From Actinomycetota bacterium (GTDB lineage Bacteria; Actinomycetota; Actinomycetes; S36-B12): a stretch of 57,540 nucleotides of DNA. The stretch covers positions 1 through 57,540 of the forward strand of contig JAQCEO010000005.1 in the NCBI GenBank assembly GCA_027729805.1, read 5' to 3'. Below the pieces are notes generated by a model. It worked only from the letters and a program-made list of their open reading frames with translations, searched no databases and was not told where the DNA came from. Within the stretch, counting starts at the first letter, position 1. The number at the start of each line of letters is the position of its first letter. Below are positions 36,497-45,623 of the stretch, piece after piece. A program made the translations under genes and the position numbers.

Positions 36497-37459
36497 TTAG
36501 CGTCTGGCGGTAGCGGGGATCTGCCCCATCCGGCCCGCCTGGAAGTCTTCCATAGCGGTGATGATCTCGTCCTTGTAATTCATCACGAAGGGTCCGTGCT
36601 GGGCAATAGGCTCACGAATTGGCCGACCGCCGAGCATCAGCACCTCAAGGGTCGGCGACTTGGAATCTTGATTGGCATCAGCGGCAAAAGTGATCGCATC
36701 TCCTTTGCCAAAATCAACCAACTGGCCTTCACCAAATGCCACGTTTTCGGCGCCAGCGAAACCGCGCCCGGCTAACGCATAAACCATCGCATTGAAACTC
36801 CGGTTCCACGGCAGCGACACCTTGGCACCCGGTTGCACGGTGATGTGCGTGTACGTAATCGGCGTCCAGGTGATACCGGGCCCGCTAATCCCGCCCAGCT
36901 CCCCGGCGATGACTCGCACCAGCGCTCCCCCATCACCACTTGATGCCAATGCCACCGAGGATGCCGAGATATCCTGATATCGCGGTGCGGTCATCTTTAA
37001 GGCGGCCGGCAAATTCACCCACAACTGCACCCCATGAAAGAGCCCGCCAGAACTCACCAAGGCTTCCGGCGGGGTTTCAATGTGCAGCAGACCAGATCCA
37101 GCGGTCATCCACTGGGTGGCGCCGTCGGCAATCAGGCCACCACCGCCGGTGCTGTCCTGGTGTTCAAATGCGCCATCGACGATGTAGGTAACGGTCTCAA
37201 AACCGCGGTGCGGGTGCCATGGGGTGCCCTTGGGTTCACCGGCACCCCATTCGACCGCCCCCATTTGATCAAGCAGCAAGAACGGATCGGACTCACGAAG
37301 TGACATGCGCCCGGGAAATGGCCGGCGCACCGGAAACCCTTCACCCTCGAAAGTGGCCAGTGCGGTCACCACTCGATTGACCGGACGCACCACCGCGGTC
37401 GAATCGGGTTCGCTAATACGTGGCAGTACCAAAACATCGGCAACGCTTACAGCGGGCAC
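36497..37459 (-). CDS. Pirin family protein
   Basis: HPHRGFETVT, WMTAGSGLLHIE, QLWVNLP, GPFVMN; GGAGGAG RBS before GTG 37459. Confidence 0.93.
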   Translation of the reverse strand: MPAVSVADVLVLPRISEPDSTAVVRPVNRVVTALATFEGEGFPVRRPFPGRMSLRESDPFLLLDQMGAVEWGAGEPKGTPWHPHRGFETVTYIVDGAFEHQDSTGGGGLIADGATQWMTAGSGLLHIETPPEALVSSGGLFHGVQLWVNLPAALKMTAPRYQDISASSVALASSGDGGALVRVIAGELGGISGPGITWTPITYTHITVQPGAKVSLPWNRSFNAMVYALAGRGFAGAENVAFGEGQLVDFGKGDAITFAADANQDSKSPTLEVLMLGGRPIREPIAQHGPFVMNYKDEIITAMEDFQAGRMGQIPATARR

Positions 37460-37475
37460 GGCCAACTCCTCCGGT

Positions 37476-37493
37476 TAGTTGAGATTTCAACTA
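37476..37493. promoter_or_regulatory. Palindromic operator overlapping the pirin -10
   Basis: TAGTTGA-GATT-TCAACTA; minus-strand TATAGT at 37490-37495 overlaps it. Confidence 0.75.
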
Positions 37494-37557
37494 TAAGCCA
37501 AAGGGGTTGGCCGGGCAACGGGACCGGCGCAAACTACTCGGAGTTAGCCGCCCACCC

Positions 37558-37900
37558 TCAGTGCCTGCCCGACGGTGGAGCGCCGTCGATGACGAACTCG
37601 GTGCCAGTTGAGTAGATCGCATCAGCAATCAAGTACAGCACCAGCTTCGCCACCTCATCGGCCTCCCCAATGCGCGGGATGGGCTGGCTGGCGAACATCT
37701 CACCGAGCTCTAGGCCGGCTGTCATCGGGGTGCGGATACCACCTGGATGCAGCGAGACCACCCAGATATTGTCGCGCCCTAGGTCTAGGGCCGCGGACTT
37801 CCGCAGGCCCCGGACCCCCCACTTACTTGCCACCTAAGCCGCTCGATTCGAGTAGCCCCGCAAGCCGGCGGTTGACGAGATGTTCACGATAACCCCTGCG
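37558..37900 (-). pseudogene. 5'-truncated SDR oxidoreductase with nonsense mutation
   Basis: GVIVNISSTAGLRGYSNRAA*VASKWGVRG...HPGGIRTPM...STGTEFVIDG; catalytic Tyr codon is TAG (37834-37836); Rossmann N-terminus missing. Confidence 0.85.
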
Positions 37901-38134
37901 GCATAACAGTTTTTAGCACCTGGTGTCAGGAGGCTTTGGTCCTGATGTGTAGGTGACCCAAGGAAGTGGTTTACGCACCAGGGCGCAGCTTGCGGACACT
38001 ATTTGCACAAATTATTTGAGGTTAAACGTGCTGGAGTTGCCAGTGTTAAACATGAGGTGTTCAAAAAAAAATATTTCAAAATATTTTTGAATTCGGCTTG
38101 CGTGTTGACTTGTGTCCTGTTAGAAATTACCCAC

Positions 38135-38345
38135 TGAGCCGAAAGGCGAGGGTCAGATCGAAGAATGACAGCCGAACCGAAGGCTTGACCTACGGGAACT
38201 CTGCGTGCTGGCGGAGTTGGTTGCAGGAAGCGATGTGAGAAGTCAGAAAAGATCGGCTGGTGAACCGGAAACGGGGAGCGAGCGCGGCGGAGCTGCACAG
38301 GACGCAGGCGCCCCGAGCAATCGGGCAGAAGGCAACTGGCTTCAC
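38135..38345 (+). ncRNA. Candidate structured non-coding RNA (unassigned)
   Basis: GNRA hairpins at 38138-47, 38265-74, 38312-25; stems 38197-204/38211-18 and 38239-46/38336-43; AT-rich promoter-like region upstream and terminal hairpin downstream. Confidence 0.65.
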
Positions 38346-38384
38346 GGAAAGGCCCCTCAAACTCATACTTTGAGGGGCCTTTCC
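38346..38384. terminator. Perfect 16-bp hairpin, probably bidirectional terminator
   Basis: GGAAAGGCCCCTCAAA-CTCATAC-TTTGAGGGGCCTTTCC between the ncRNA candidate and the oleD stop. Confidence 0.88.
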
Positions 38385-38431
38385 CATGTTAGGGGTCCCT
38401 AGGCCAAGCGGGCCGTAACGCCACGCCGCAC

Positions 38432-39400
38432 TCAACCCCGCTGATACCACTTGGTCAGGCGCTCGAAACCGGTCGCCAGGCTCACATCAGGTGCCCAAGC
38501 CAGTGCCGCACACGTCTGGCGCTGATCAAACCAGTGGGCGGTGGCCAATTGCTCGACCAGGAACCGGGTAAGTGGTGGTTCGGCGCCCCGACTACCCCAG
38601 GCCCGCTCGGCCAGTTGGCCGGCCCGATACGCCGCACCAAATGGCACACTTCGTTTTGGGGCCGGTAAACCCGCCGCCCGCGTTATCTCGGTCAGCAACT
38701 CCGCAACGGTTCTCGGCTCGCCATTTGTCACTACGAACGCCCGGCCGTGGACCGTAGGTTCGGCTACCCGTTCGACGGCTGCGGCCAGCGCCGATGCGGC
38801 ATTGTCGACATAAGTGGTATCGATAAGCGCAACACCATGGTCGATCAAGAACAACCGTCCGACGCGCGCCCGAGCAATAATGCGACCAATGAGTTGCTCA
38901 TCACCTGGCCCCCAGACCAGATGCGGACGAATTGCAACTACGGCGAAATCAGGTTCATCTTCGGCCAGAGCTAGGAGTTCGGCTTGCGCTTTCGTAACGG
39001 CATACACACCGCGCGCCGTCTGCGGGTTTGCGGGCAACGCACCAGCACCGATGATCGGCATACCGTCATGCGCAACCGATGGCGATGACACGTGGACGAA
39101 ACTCCGGACACCCGCCGCCTTCGCGGACTGGAGCAGTTGGCGTGTGCCTTCCACGTTTACCGACTCAAACTCCGACCGCGATCCGGTGATCGACACCTTG
39201 GCGGCTAGGTGCACCACCCCATCAATGCCGAAGAGTGCACGAGTAAGTGCCTCGCCATCTAAGATGTCGCCTCTGACTTCGTCAAATGGCAGGCCGCTCG
39301 CTCGACGTTGAAACACCACAATTTCGTGGCCTCGGATCGCGATTGCATTGGCGGTTGCAGCACCTAGTAACCCGCTAGCACCGGTGACAAGTACTCGCAT
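38432..39400 (-). CDS. oleD: OleD-like 2-alkyl-3-oxoalkanoate reductase (extended SDR)
   Basis: TGASGLLG, HLAAK, SSPSV, YAVTK, RPHLVWGPGD; TGATG overlap with oleBC. Confidence 0.88.
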   Translation of the reverse strand: MRVLVTGASGLLGAATANAIAIRGHEIVVFQRRASGLPFDEVRGDILDGEALTRALFGIDGVVHLAAKVSITGSRSEFESVNVEGTRQLLQSAKAAGVRSFVHVSSPSVAHDGMPIIGAGALPANPQTARGVYAVTKAQAELLALAEDEPDFAVVAIRPHLVWGPGDEQLIGRIIARARVGRLFLIDHGVALIDTTYVDNAASALAAAVERVAEPTVHGRAFVVTNGEPRTVAELLTEITRAAGLPAPKRSVPFGAAYRAGQLAERAWGSRGAEPPLTRFLVEQLATAHWFDQRQTCAALAWAPDVSLATGFERLTKWYQRG

Positions 39401-41940
39401 CAGCGATGTCCGGCCAATATCCCATCAGCCCAAACACTAAGGGCTGCACGATCGATCTTCGAATTGTGACGGATATCCACGGGTAGCTCATCGCGAACAA
39501 GGACCGCTGCGATGTGGATGCCCATGACTTGCGCACGTACCAGTTTTGTGCGGTCCACATCAAGTAACCCTTTGGCGGTTTGATCACAGGTGGTGATGAT
39601 CACTATGACTTGCTGGTTGCCGATCGGGCCAATACCAACTGCGGCCGCCAAACGCACGAAAGGCAGTTGCTGCACCTGCTGTTCCACTCCAACTGGGGTA
39701 ACGGGGCCAGCTGCCGTGACAATTAGATGAGCAAGTCGCCCCTCAACCCACAACCGGCCGCTGGTATCTAGGTGGCCGATGTCGCCGGTGCGGTGCCAGC
39801 CAATGTCGCGGCCCGCCATCGCGTTAGTCGCCCATAACCGGTCATACCGATCGCGCATATGTGCAGCTTGCACACAGATTTCACCGGTGACTTCAACTTC
39901 GGTGCTCAGCGGACCAACCGGTCTGCCTTGGTCATCAAGTGCACTGATCGCAATCTTGACGCCGCTAACCGGGTTTCCCACCAACACGCCATTCCCACCT
40001 GCGGCTGCCCTAATCTCCGCCAGCGTTGATTCACTAACTGGTAGCACTTCGGTCATGCCGTAAGGCGTTCGAACATCGGCATTTGGCACCAGCTCCTTAA
40101 CTTGTTCAAGTAATTGCAGAGGCACCGGGGCGCCGGCCGCCAGCACCAGTCGCAGTGACTTAAAACTTTGCCGTTGCGTGGTCGATAGCACTCCAGCGGT
40201 TGCGATTACATTGGTTAATGCTGCTGGGGAGGCCCACAGCAAGGTGCCGTCGACCGCCGCCGTCGCTTCGGCAAGTGCTACAGCTTGCAAGGTCCGCGGC
40301 TTCGTGACGTCCATATCGGGGATCACCGACGCCACCCCAAGGGTTGGCCCGAACACCGCCCAGGGCGCAAAGGCGGCGACTATCGCATCACTTGGGGTAA
40401 TGGCGTAATGCCTGCGCAATACATCGCGCGTACCAGCGACCTGCGCTTGCTGGTAGACAACCCCTTTGGCCGGACCCGTGGCCCCGGATGTAAAGACGAT
40501 GACAGCGGTAGCCGACGGCGCTGGCTCCGGTGGCAATGGCGCACCGATGCGCGCGATCGCAGCCAAACCCTTTACCGAGAGTCGAAGGCCCGGGATGCGC
40601 AAGGTTCGTGCCAGTGCCAGCCCTCGAGATATCCCGATAACGTGATCTGGCGCAGCACCCCGAATTGCCCGGCGCATCCCGTTGACCCCTAATCCGGCAT
40701 CTGCGATGACAACGCCGGCACCGATGCGCCAGCAGGCGTACACCACCGCAATTAAATCCGCGCCAGGTGGGATAAGGAGGGCCACTCGGTGCCCGGGGTT
40801 AATCCCGCTCGAGTGCAGGCCGGCGGCCAATTTATCGACCGTGTCGGCGAGTTGGCGCCAACTGACGCGGCGGCCGGCACCTGACATTTCGACAATCGCT
40901 GTGCCAGTCGGCCCTTGCTCAGCCGCTTCGTGCAGACCATCCCAGAGTCTGGTGGCGTGCACCTGTTCTGCTGGTAACGCAACCACCGGCTGCAAGTTAC
41001 TTCGCTCACCTGCCGATAGCCCCGACACCCAACGCAATAGATCAGGGAAAACTCGATCATCATCTTCACTTACCAGATGCCTAGCACCTTCATAGCGATG
41101 TACGTCGGCGTGCGGCGCCCGCATCATCAGGTCACCTAGATAAAGATCACTAAATACCGGATCCCCCGGCCCCCAAAGCAACAACATGGGCACCTGCCCG
41201 AACTTGGCCAGGCCATTGGCTATCAAGTTGAGCGTGTCGGCACTTGGATGGTCGGACTCGAGTGGAATGTCAGCGACGAACGCACCTATTGCAACTCGTC
41301 GACCGGGAGTTTGGTATGGCGCGCGGAAGGCCTTGGCCGTTTGCTTGGTCATTTTCGAGCCACTTAATGCTGTCGTACCGCGCAAAAAGGCGGTCGTGCG
41401 CACCGTATTCAAAGCCAGCAACGGGCCGCTGCGGGCGAGTCGAATCAACGCGGGCGCACGCGCACCGGGCGGTTGCTGCACCGCGGTGTTTAAGAGGACT
41501 ATGCCGACCAGTTGCGGTAGGTGCTCCAAGGCCCAACCTAGGGAAATCGGACCACCCCAGTCATGGGCAACCGTTACCACCGGCCCGGTAATTCCAAGTC
41601 GCTCGGTGAGCCCGCTCAGGTCAGCGACCCGGCTTGCTAACCGTCGGTGCGTGCCCGTGCGCTCGGAGAAACCCATCTCAAGTTGGTCAACTGCGACCAC
41701 CCGCACATCGGCCGGGGCCATTCGAACTAAGCGCCGCCACAGATACGACCAAGTCGGATTGCCATGAACACAAAGCAAGGTCAGACGTGCAATGTCGCCA
41801 GGCCGCTGGGCAAAGGAATCAAGTAGGTGCCAGGTGCAACTACGCCCGGAGTGGTCTAAGGCAACCACCAGGCGCGACCAAGTGGGGTCTAGGTCAAGAA
41901 GATCGGCCGGCGGCAAGGCTGCCGACTCGACTTGGTTCAC
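39400..41940 (-). CDS. oleBC: Fused OleB (beta-lactone decarboxylase)-OleC (beta-lactone synthetase)
   Basis: HGNPTWS and HDWGG haloalkane-dehalogenase-like domain + FTSGATG, TPYGMTE, WHRTGD, DIRHNSKIDR AMP-ligase domain. Confidence 0.9.
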   Translation of the reverse strand: MNQVESAALPPADLLDLDPTWSRLVVALDHSGRSCTWHLLDSFAQRPGDIARLTLLCVHGNPTWSYLWRRLVRMAPADVRVVAVDQLEMGFSERTGTHRRLASRVADLSGLTERLGITGPVVTVAHDWGGPISLGWALEHLPQLVGIVLLNTAVQQPPGARAPALIRLARSGPLLALNTVRTTAFLRGTTALSGSKMTKQTAKAFRAPYQTPGRRVAIGAFVADIPLESDHPSADTLNLIANGLAKFGQVPMLLLWGPGDPVFSDLYLGDLMMRAPHADVHRYEGARHLVSEDDDRVFPDLLRWVSGLSAGERSNLQPVVALPAEQVHATRLWDGLHEAAEQGPTGTAIVEMSGAGRRVSWRQLADTVDKLAAGLHSSGINPGHRVALLIPPGADLIAVVYACWRIGAGVVIADAGLGVNGMRRAIRGAAPDHVIGISRGLALARTLRIPGLRLSVKGLAAIARIGAPLPPEPAPSATAVIVFTSGATGPAKGVVYQQAQVAGTRDVLRRHYAITPSDAIVAAFAPWAVFGPTLGVASVIPDMDVTKPRTLQAVALAEATAAVDGTLLWASPAALTNVIATAGVLSTTQRQSFKSLRLVLAAGAPVPLQLLEQVKELVPNADVRTPYGMTEVLPVSESTLAEIRAAAGGNGVLVGNPVSGVKIAISALDDQGRPVGPLSTEVEVTGEICVQAAHMRDRYDRLWATNAMAGRDIGWHRTGDIGHLDTSGRLWVEGRLAHLIVTAAGPVTPVGVEQQVQQLPFVRLAAAVGIGPIGNQQVIVIITTCDQTAKGLLDVDRTKLVRAQVMGIHIAAVLVRDELPVDIRHNSKIDRAALSVWADGILAGHR

Positions 41941-42959
41941 CAAACGATTTCAATTACTGCTGCATTTAGCCCCGAGCCGATTCCCATGCAGGCCACGCGT
42001 TGCCCGGAAACAAGATCCGCGGCACAATATGCAAGGGTAAATGGCACCGAAGCCGGTCCAACATTGCCGCGAGTAGGGAAAGTTACCGGGACTTTGGTTT
42101 TGTCAATACCAAGTGCGTCAACGATCGATTCGGTATGTACTTGTGAGACTTGATGGATGATGTAGCAGTCGAGATTTCGCCAGTCAAAGACTTCGGTTGC
42201 CTCCGCCCATGCGTCACGGGCAAGGGCAACACCTGCCTCGAGCAAGCCGCGGGCATCGGTGCTCATCCCATCGATATCACCAACGCAGAGTTTGTTGTGC
42301 TCGGTTGCCGCACGGGAAACACCGCCGACAAATCGGTGGCCTTCTGGATGTGCACTAGCCCGGCCTAAAACCATGGCCGCGCCACCTGATCCAAGGGTGA
42401 GTGTCGCAAAGTTAGCAAGGACGTCGTCCTTGGTGGTGTCGAGTTGTTGCAGTCGGGCAATCGTTGACTCTTGCGGTCGCCTGCTGCCTTCGCCATCAAC
42501 AATCAGCGCGTAATCAATTTGACCTGAGTCCAAGAACATCGCCGCCAATTGCATACCGTTAATGAACCCAAGGCAAGCATTGGACAAGTCAAAGTTCAAA
42601 CACGATGAACCCAGGCCCAATTGCGCATGAACATCGACCGCGGCACTTGGCTCCAGCGCATCACGGCAAACCGAGGTATCAATAAGAAGTCCGACTTGGG
42701 TTGGATCGACTCCGGCATCTGCCAGCGCCTTCGCACCGGCCATGGCCGCTGCGTCGGCGAAGGTGACATCGGCCGGCCACCAGCGACGCTCGGAGATCCC
42801 CGCAATCACTTCCAGCATTCCGGGCTTAAGACCAACCCGTGCGTAAGTGTCGAGTAATTGATTGTCAATCTCATCAGAGGTGACAACAATGGGTGCATCA
42901 GCAACAGATACCGCCAAAATTGCCGAATCGGCGTAGCGAAATGTGGCGTTGCCTGCCAT
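41937..42959 (-). CDS. oleA: OleA acyl-CoA condensing enzyme (thiolase/KAS III fold)
   Basis: LEPSAA, NACLGF, IHQVS, GNVGPAS, GIGSGLN. Confidence 0.9.
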   Translation of the reverse strand: MAGNATFRYADSAILAVSVADAPIVVTSDEIDNQLLDTYARVGLKPGMLEVIAGISERRWWPADVTFADAAAMAGAKALADAGVDPTQVGLLIDTSVCRDALEPSAAVDVHAQLGLGSSCLNFDLSNACLGFINGMQLAAMFLDSGQIDYALIVDGEGSRRPQESTIARLQQLDTTKDDVLANFATLTLGSGGAAMVLGRASAHPEGHRFVGGVSRAATEHNKLCVGDIDGMSTDARGLLEAGVALARDAWAEATEVFDWRNLDCYIIHQVSQVHTESIVDALGIDKTKVPVTFPTRGNVGPASVPFTLAYCAADLVSGQRVACMGIGSGLNAAVIEIVW

Positions 42960-43074
42960 TAAGTTCCCTTCAATGAACGACTGTCAAGCCCCCACAGCCT
43001 GCCATGCCCACCCCGGTCAGTCGACTGGGGACCGCAAAAACGCCCCATCACCCCCCGTGACGTACGGTGCCTAT

Positions 43075-44571
43075 GTGATATCCCACTCCTGGCGCCGGCG
43101 AATTGCTCGGGTGACATTGGTAGCAACCGGCCCAGTGGTCATCGCCGCCGGGCTGCCCACAGCGGCTGCCGCGGACCTTTCCAGATACACCCAGCAGCCC
43201 CTGAGCTGGACCGACTGCGGAGGCGGCCGGCAATGTACCAAGTTGACAGTGCCCAAGGATTATGCGGATCTAACCGCTGGGGATATTCAAATTGCCCTCG
43301 CCCGGAAACCGCACACGGGATCAGATTTCCAGGGCTCACTCGTCGTGAACCCGGGTGGGCCAGGTGGTGCCGGTACCGATTTCGCGGCTTCGGTTGCGGG
43401 CATCGTTGCACCGCAGGTGAGAAGCAAATTCGACATCGTCGGTTTTGATCCACGCGGTGTCGCAGAGTCGGCCCCTGTTACCTGCATGACCGGTGCACAG
43501 ACTACCCGCTGGCTGCTGTCTGACCCGACGCCTGATTCGCGGGCAGAGCAGAACTCGCTACTTCGATTGGCCAGCGGGATCAGTTCCGGGTGCCTTCGCT
43601 ATTCGCCACAAATCGCTCCATACATTTCAACAGCAAATACCGTCCGCGATCTTGACATTATGCGGGCTGCACTTGGTGATGAAAAGCTGAATCTACTGGG
43701 CTTTTCATATGGCACCACATTAGGTGCGCTGTATGCCCAGGAGTTTCCGACTCGTGTTGGCCTCATGGTGCTAGATGGTGCAGTGGATCCAAGCTTGGAT
43801 GGCATGGCGATCTCCAAAGGACAATCCGCCGGCTTCCAAGGTGCCCTAGTGCGCTTTGCCGCAGATTGCGCCAAACGCGGCAGCTGCCCTTACTCCGGTG
43901 CTAAACAAGGTGTGCTCGACGGCATCAATAATCTCCTGGCAGCCCTTGAGAAGCGCCCACTGCCGACAGGTGCTTACGAACCCTTAAATCAAGCCCAAGC
44001 GGTGACCGCCTTATTTTGGAGTATGTACACCCCTGCGTTCTGGAGCATCTTGCGCTCTGCACTGGGTCAGGCAAAACGCGGCAACGGCGAATACCTCCAG
44101 CAGCTGGCCGATCAAGCCGCCGATCGAACCGGCAAAAATCGCTACGACAGCAATCAGAATTCCGCCTTCTACGCGATTTCCTGCCTCGACGCACCTGCGA
44201 CACCGGGCCGGGCTGGCCTGGCTACCGCCGCGCAGTCATGGTCGAAGAATGCCCCGGTTCCGGAATTGGCACGGGCGATCGCTTGGGGAAATGCACCCTG
44301 CAGTTTCTGGTTTGATCATTCAGGTGACAAACCCGCGCCCGTGACTTCGACAACTACCGCACCTATCTTGGTCGTTGGAACAACTTATGACCCGGCCACA
44401 CCGTACTCGTGGGCCTTGGCCCTGCACCAGCAACTACCAACAAGTTCACTGATAACCTTCGTCGGCGATGGTCACACCGCATACGGTGCCGGTTCGACAT
44501 GTATTGACCGGGCAATTGACAACTTCTTAATAACCGGGGTGGCACCAACCAGCGGCAAAATTTGTAACTAG
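43075..44571 (+). CDS. Secreted TAP-like alpha/beta hydrolase (peptidase)
   Basis: Signal peptide, NPGGPG, FDPRG, GFSYG, DPATP, GDGH; TACGGT-N6-GTG start. Confidence 0.9.
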   Translation: MISHSWRRRIARVTLVATGPVVIAAGLPTAAAADLSRYTQQPLSWTDCGGGRQCTKLTVPKDYADLTAGDIQIALARKPHTGSDFQGSLVVNPGGPGGAGTDFAASVAGIVAPQVRSKFDIVGFDPRGVAESAPVTCMTGAQTTRWLLSDPTPDSRAEQNSLLRLASGISSGCLRYSPQIAPYISTANTVRDLDIMRAALGDEKLNLLGFSYGTTLGALYAQEFPTRVGLMVLDGAVDPSLDGMAISKGQSAGFQGALVRFAADCAKRGSCPYSGAKQGVLDGINNLLAALEKRPLPTGAYEPLNQAQAVTALFWSMYTPAFWSILRSALGQAKRGNGEYLQQLADQAADRTGKNRYDSNQNSAFYAISCLDAPATPGRAGLATAAQSWSKNAPVPELARAIAWGNAPCSFWFDHSGDKPAPVTSTTTAPILVVGTTYDPATPYSWALALHQQLPTSSLITFVGDGHTAYGAGSTCIDRAIDNFLITGVAPTSGKICN

Positions 44572-44577
44572 TGTCGA

Positions 44578-45513
44578 CTAGTTATCCGAATCTTTCGGCT
44601 CGTCGCCTTCGGCCAGACTCTGCAGGAATTCTTCAACCTGGGCCGCAATCTCATCGCCGGTCGGAACTCCGCCCTCCGGGGTGAGATCGGAGATACCTCC
44701 GGTTGCTCCCTGCTGCACTGCATTTAACAGGTCGTATTGCTGCTCTAGTGCCGCAACAACGGTCGCAAATTCATCATTACCATCAAGTTGCTCCGCGACC
44801 TCGCGCTCAGCGCGTACCGCGGCCGGCTGGAGATCCGAGGTCGGCAAAACTAGCCCGGTAAGTGCAGCTACTCCATTAAGCAGAATTTGAGCCGCCCGCG
44901 GAAACTCAAACTGCACTAAGTAATGGGGAACTTGCGCTGTTATCCCCATTGATGGGATGCCCTGCTCGCCAAGATGTAGCTCAAGCATTGCGCCAACGTG
45001 GCCCGGGACTTCAATTTCACCAAGGACCGAGGTGTAGGGGCTAAGGAGTGCTGGCTCATTGCCGTGCACAGTCACGGTAAGTGGTCGAGTATGTGGAATT
45101 GGCCACGGGATGGCCGAGAGTCCGACCGCGAGTCGGACCGCGAAGCGGCGAACCAAACCCTCAATCGCCGCGATGAAACGCTGCCACTGGTAATCGGGCT
45201 CGGGGCCAACGAGTAATAGGAAGGAATCACCATTCGCATCGGTTACCTCGTGCAAGGTCACCTGCGGCATATCGACGGATGCAAAATGATCTACCACATA
45301 AGACATGCGGGGGCGGCGGGCGCGGTAGTCAAGAATCTCGTCAATATCAAATGATGCAATCAACGTGTGTTCACAAGTCTGAAAGATATGCGCAGCCGCG
45401 AGGCGAACCCCGCCACCTGCGTCGACAAATCCGGAGAATGCATAGACAAGCACCGGTTGATCCACCGCGGTTGGCTCTTGGTGAATGGTGTACAACGACT
45501 CCGGTGACCGCAC
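44578..45513 (-). CDS. PAC2-family (proteasome assembly chaperone-like) protein
   Basis: GFVDAG, DYRARRP, EPDYQW, PHTRP, VPHY. Confidence 0.88.
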   Translation of the reverse strand: MRSPESLYTIHQEPTAVDQPVLVYAFSGFVDAGGGVRLAAAHIFQTCEHTLIASFDIDEILDYRARRPRMSYVVDHFASVDMPQVTLHEVTDANGDSFLLLVGPEPDYQWQRFIAAIEGLVRRFAVRLAVGLSAIPWPIPHTRPLTVTVHGNEPALLSPYTSVLGEIEVPGHVGAMLELHLGEQGIPSMGITAQVPHYLVQFEFPRAAQILLNGVAALTGLVLPTSDLQPAAVRAEREVAEQLDGNDEFATVVAALEQQYDLLNAVQQGATGGISDLTPEGGVPTGDEIAAQVEEFLQSLAEGDEPKDSDN

Positions 45514-45623
45514 GACGTACCTCCTAAAAACTTCTTATCTCTAGCCAATATTGTGCATCAAATATTTGCTGGCGCTATAACCGCGACACCCCAGTTCGCT
45601 CAAAGCGCACGCGTACCCGTTCG

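Noticed and set aside
37834-37836. Amber read-through or pyrrolysine recoding in the SDR
   Set aside because: Gene is also 5'-truncated and degenerate, and TAG is used as a normal stop elsewhere in the window.
37999-38450. ORFs 37999-38298(-), 38205-38402(+) and 38190-38450(-) across the non-coding region
   Set aside because: No recognisable motifs or RBS; they run through the AT tract or the terminator hairpin; RNA structure explains the region better.
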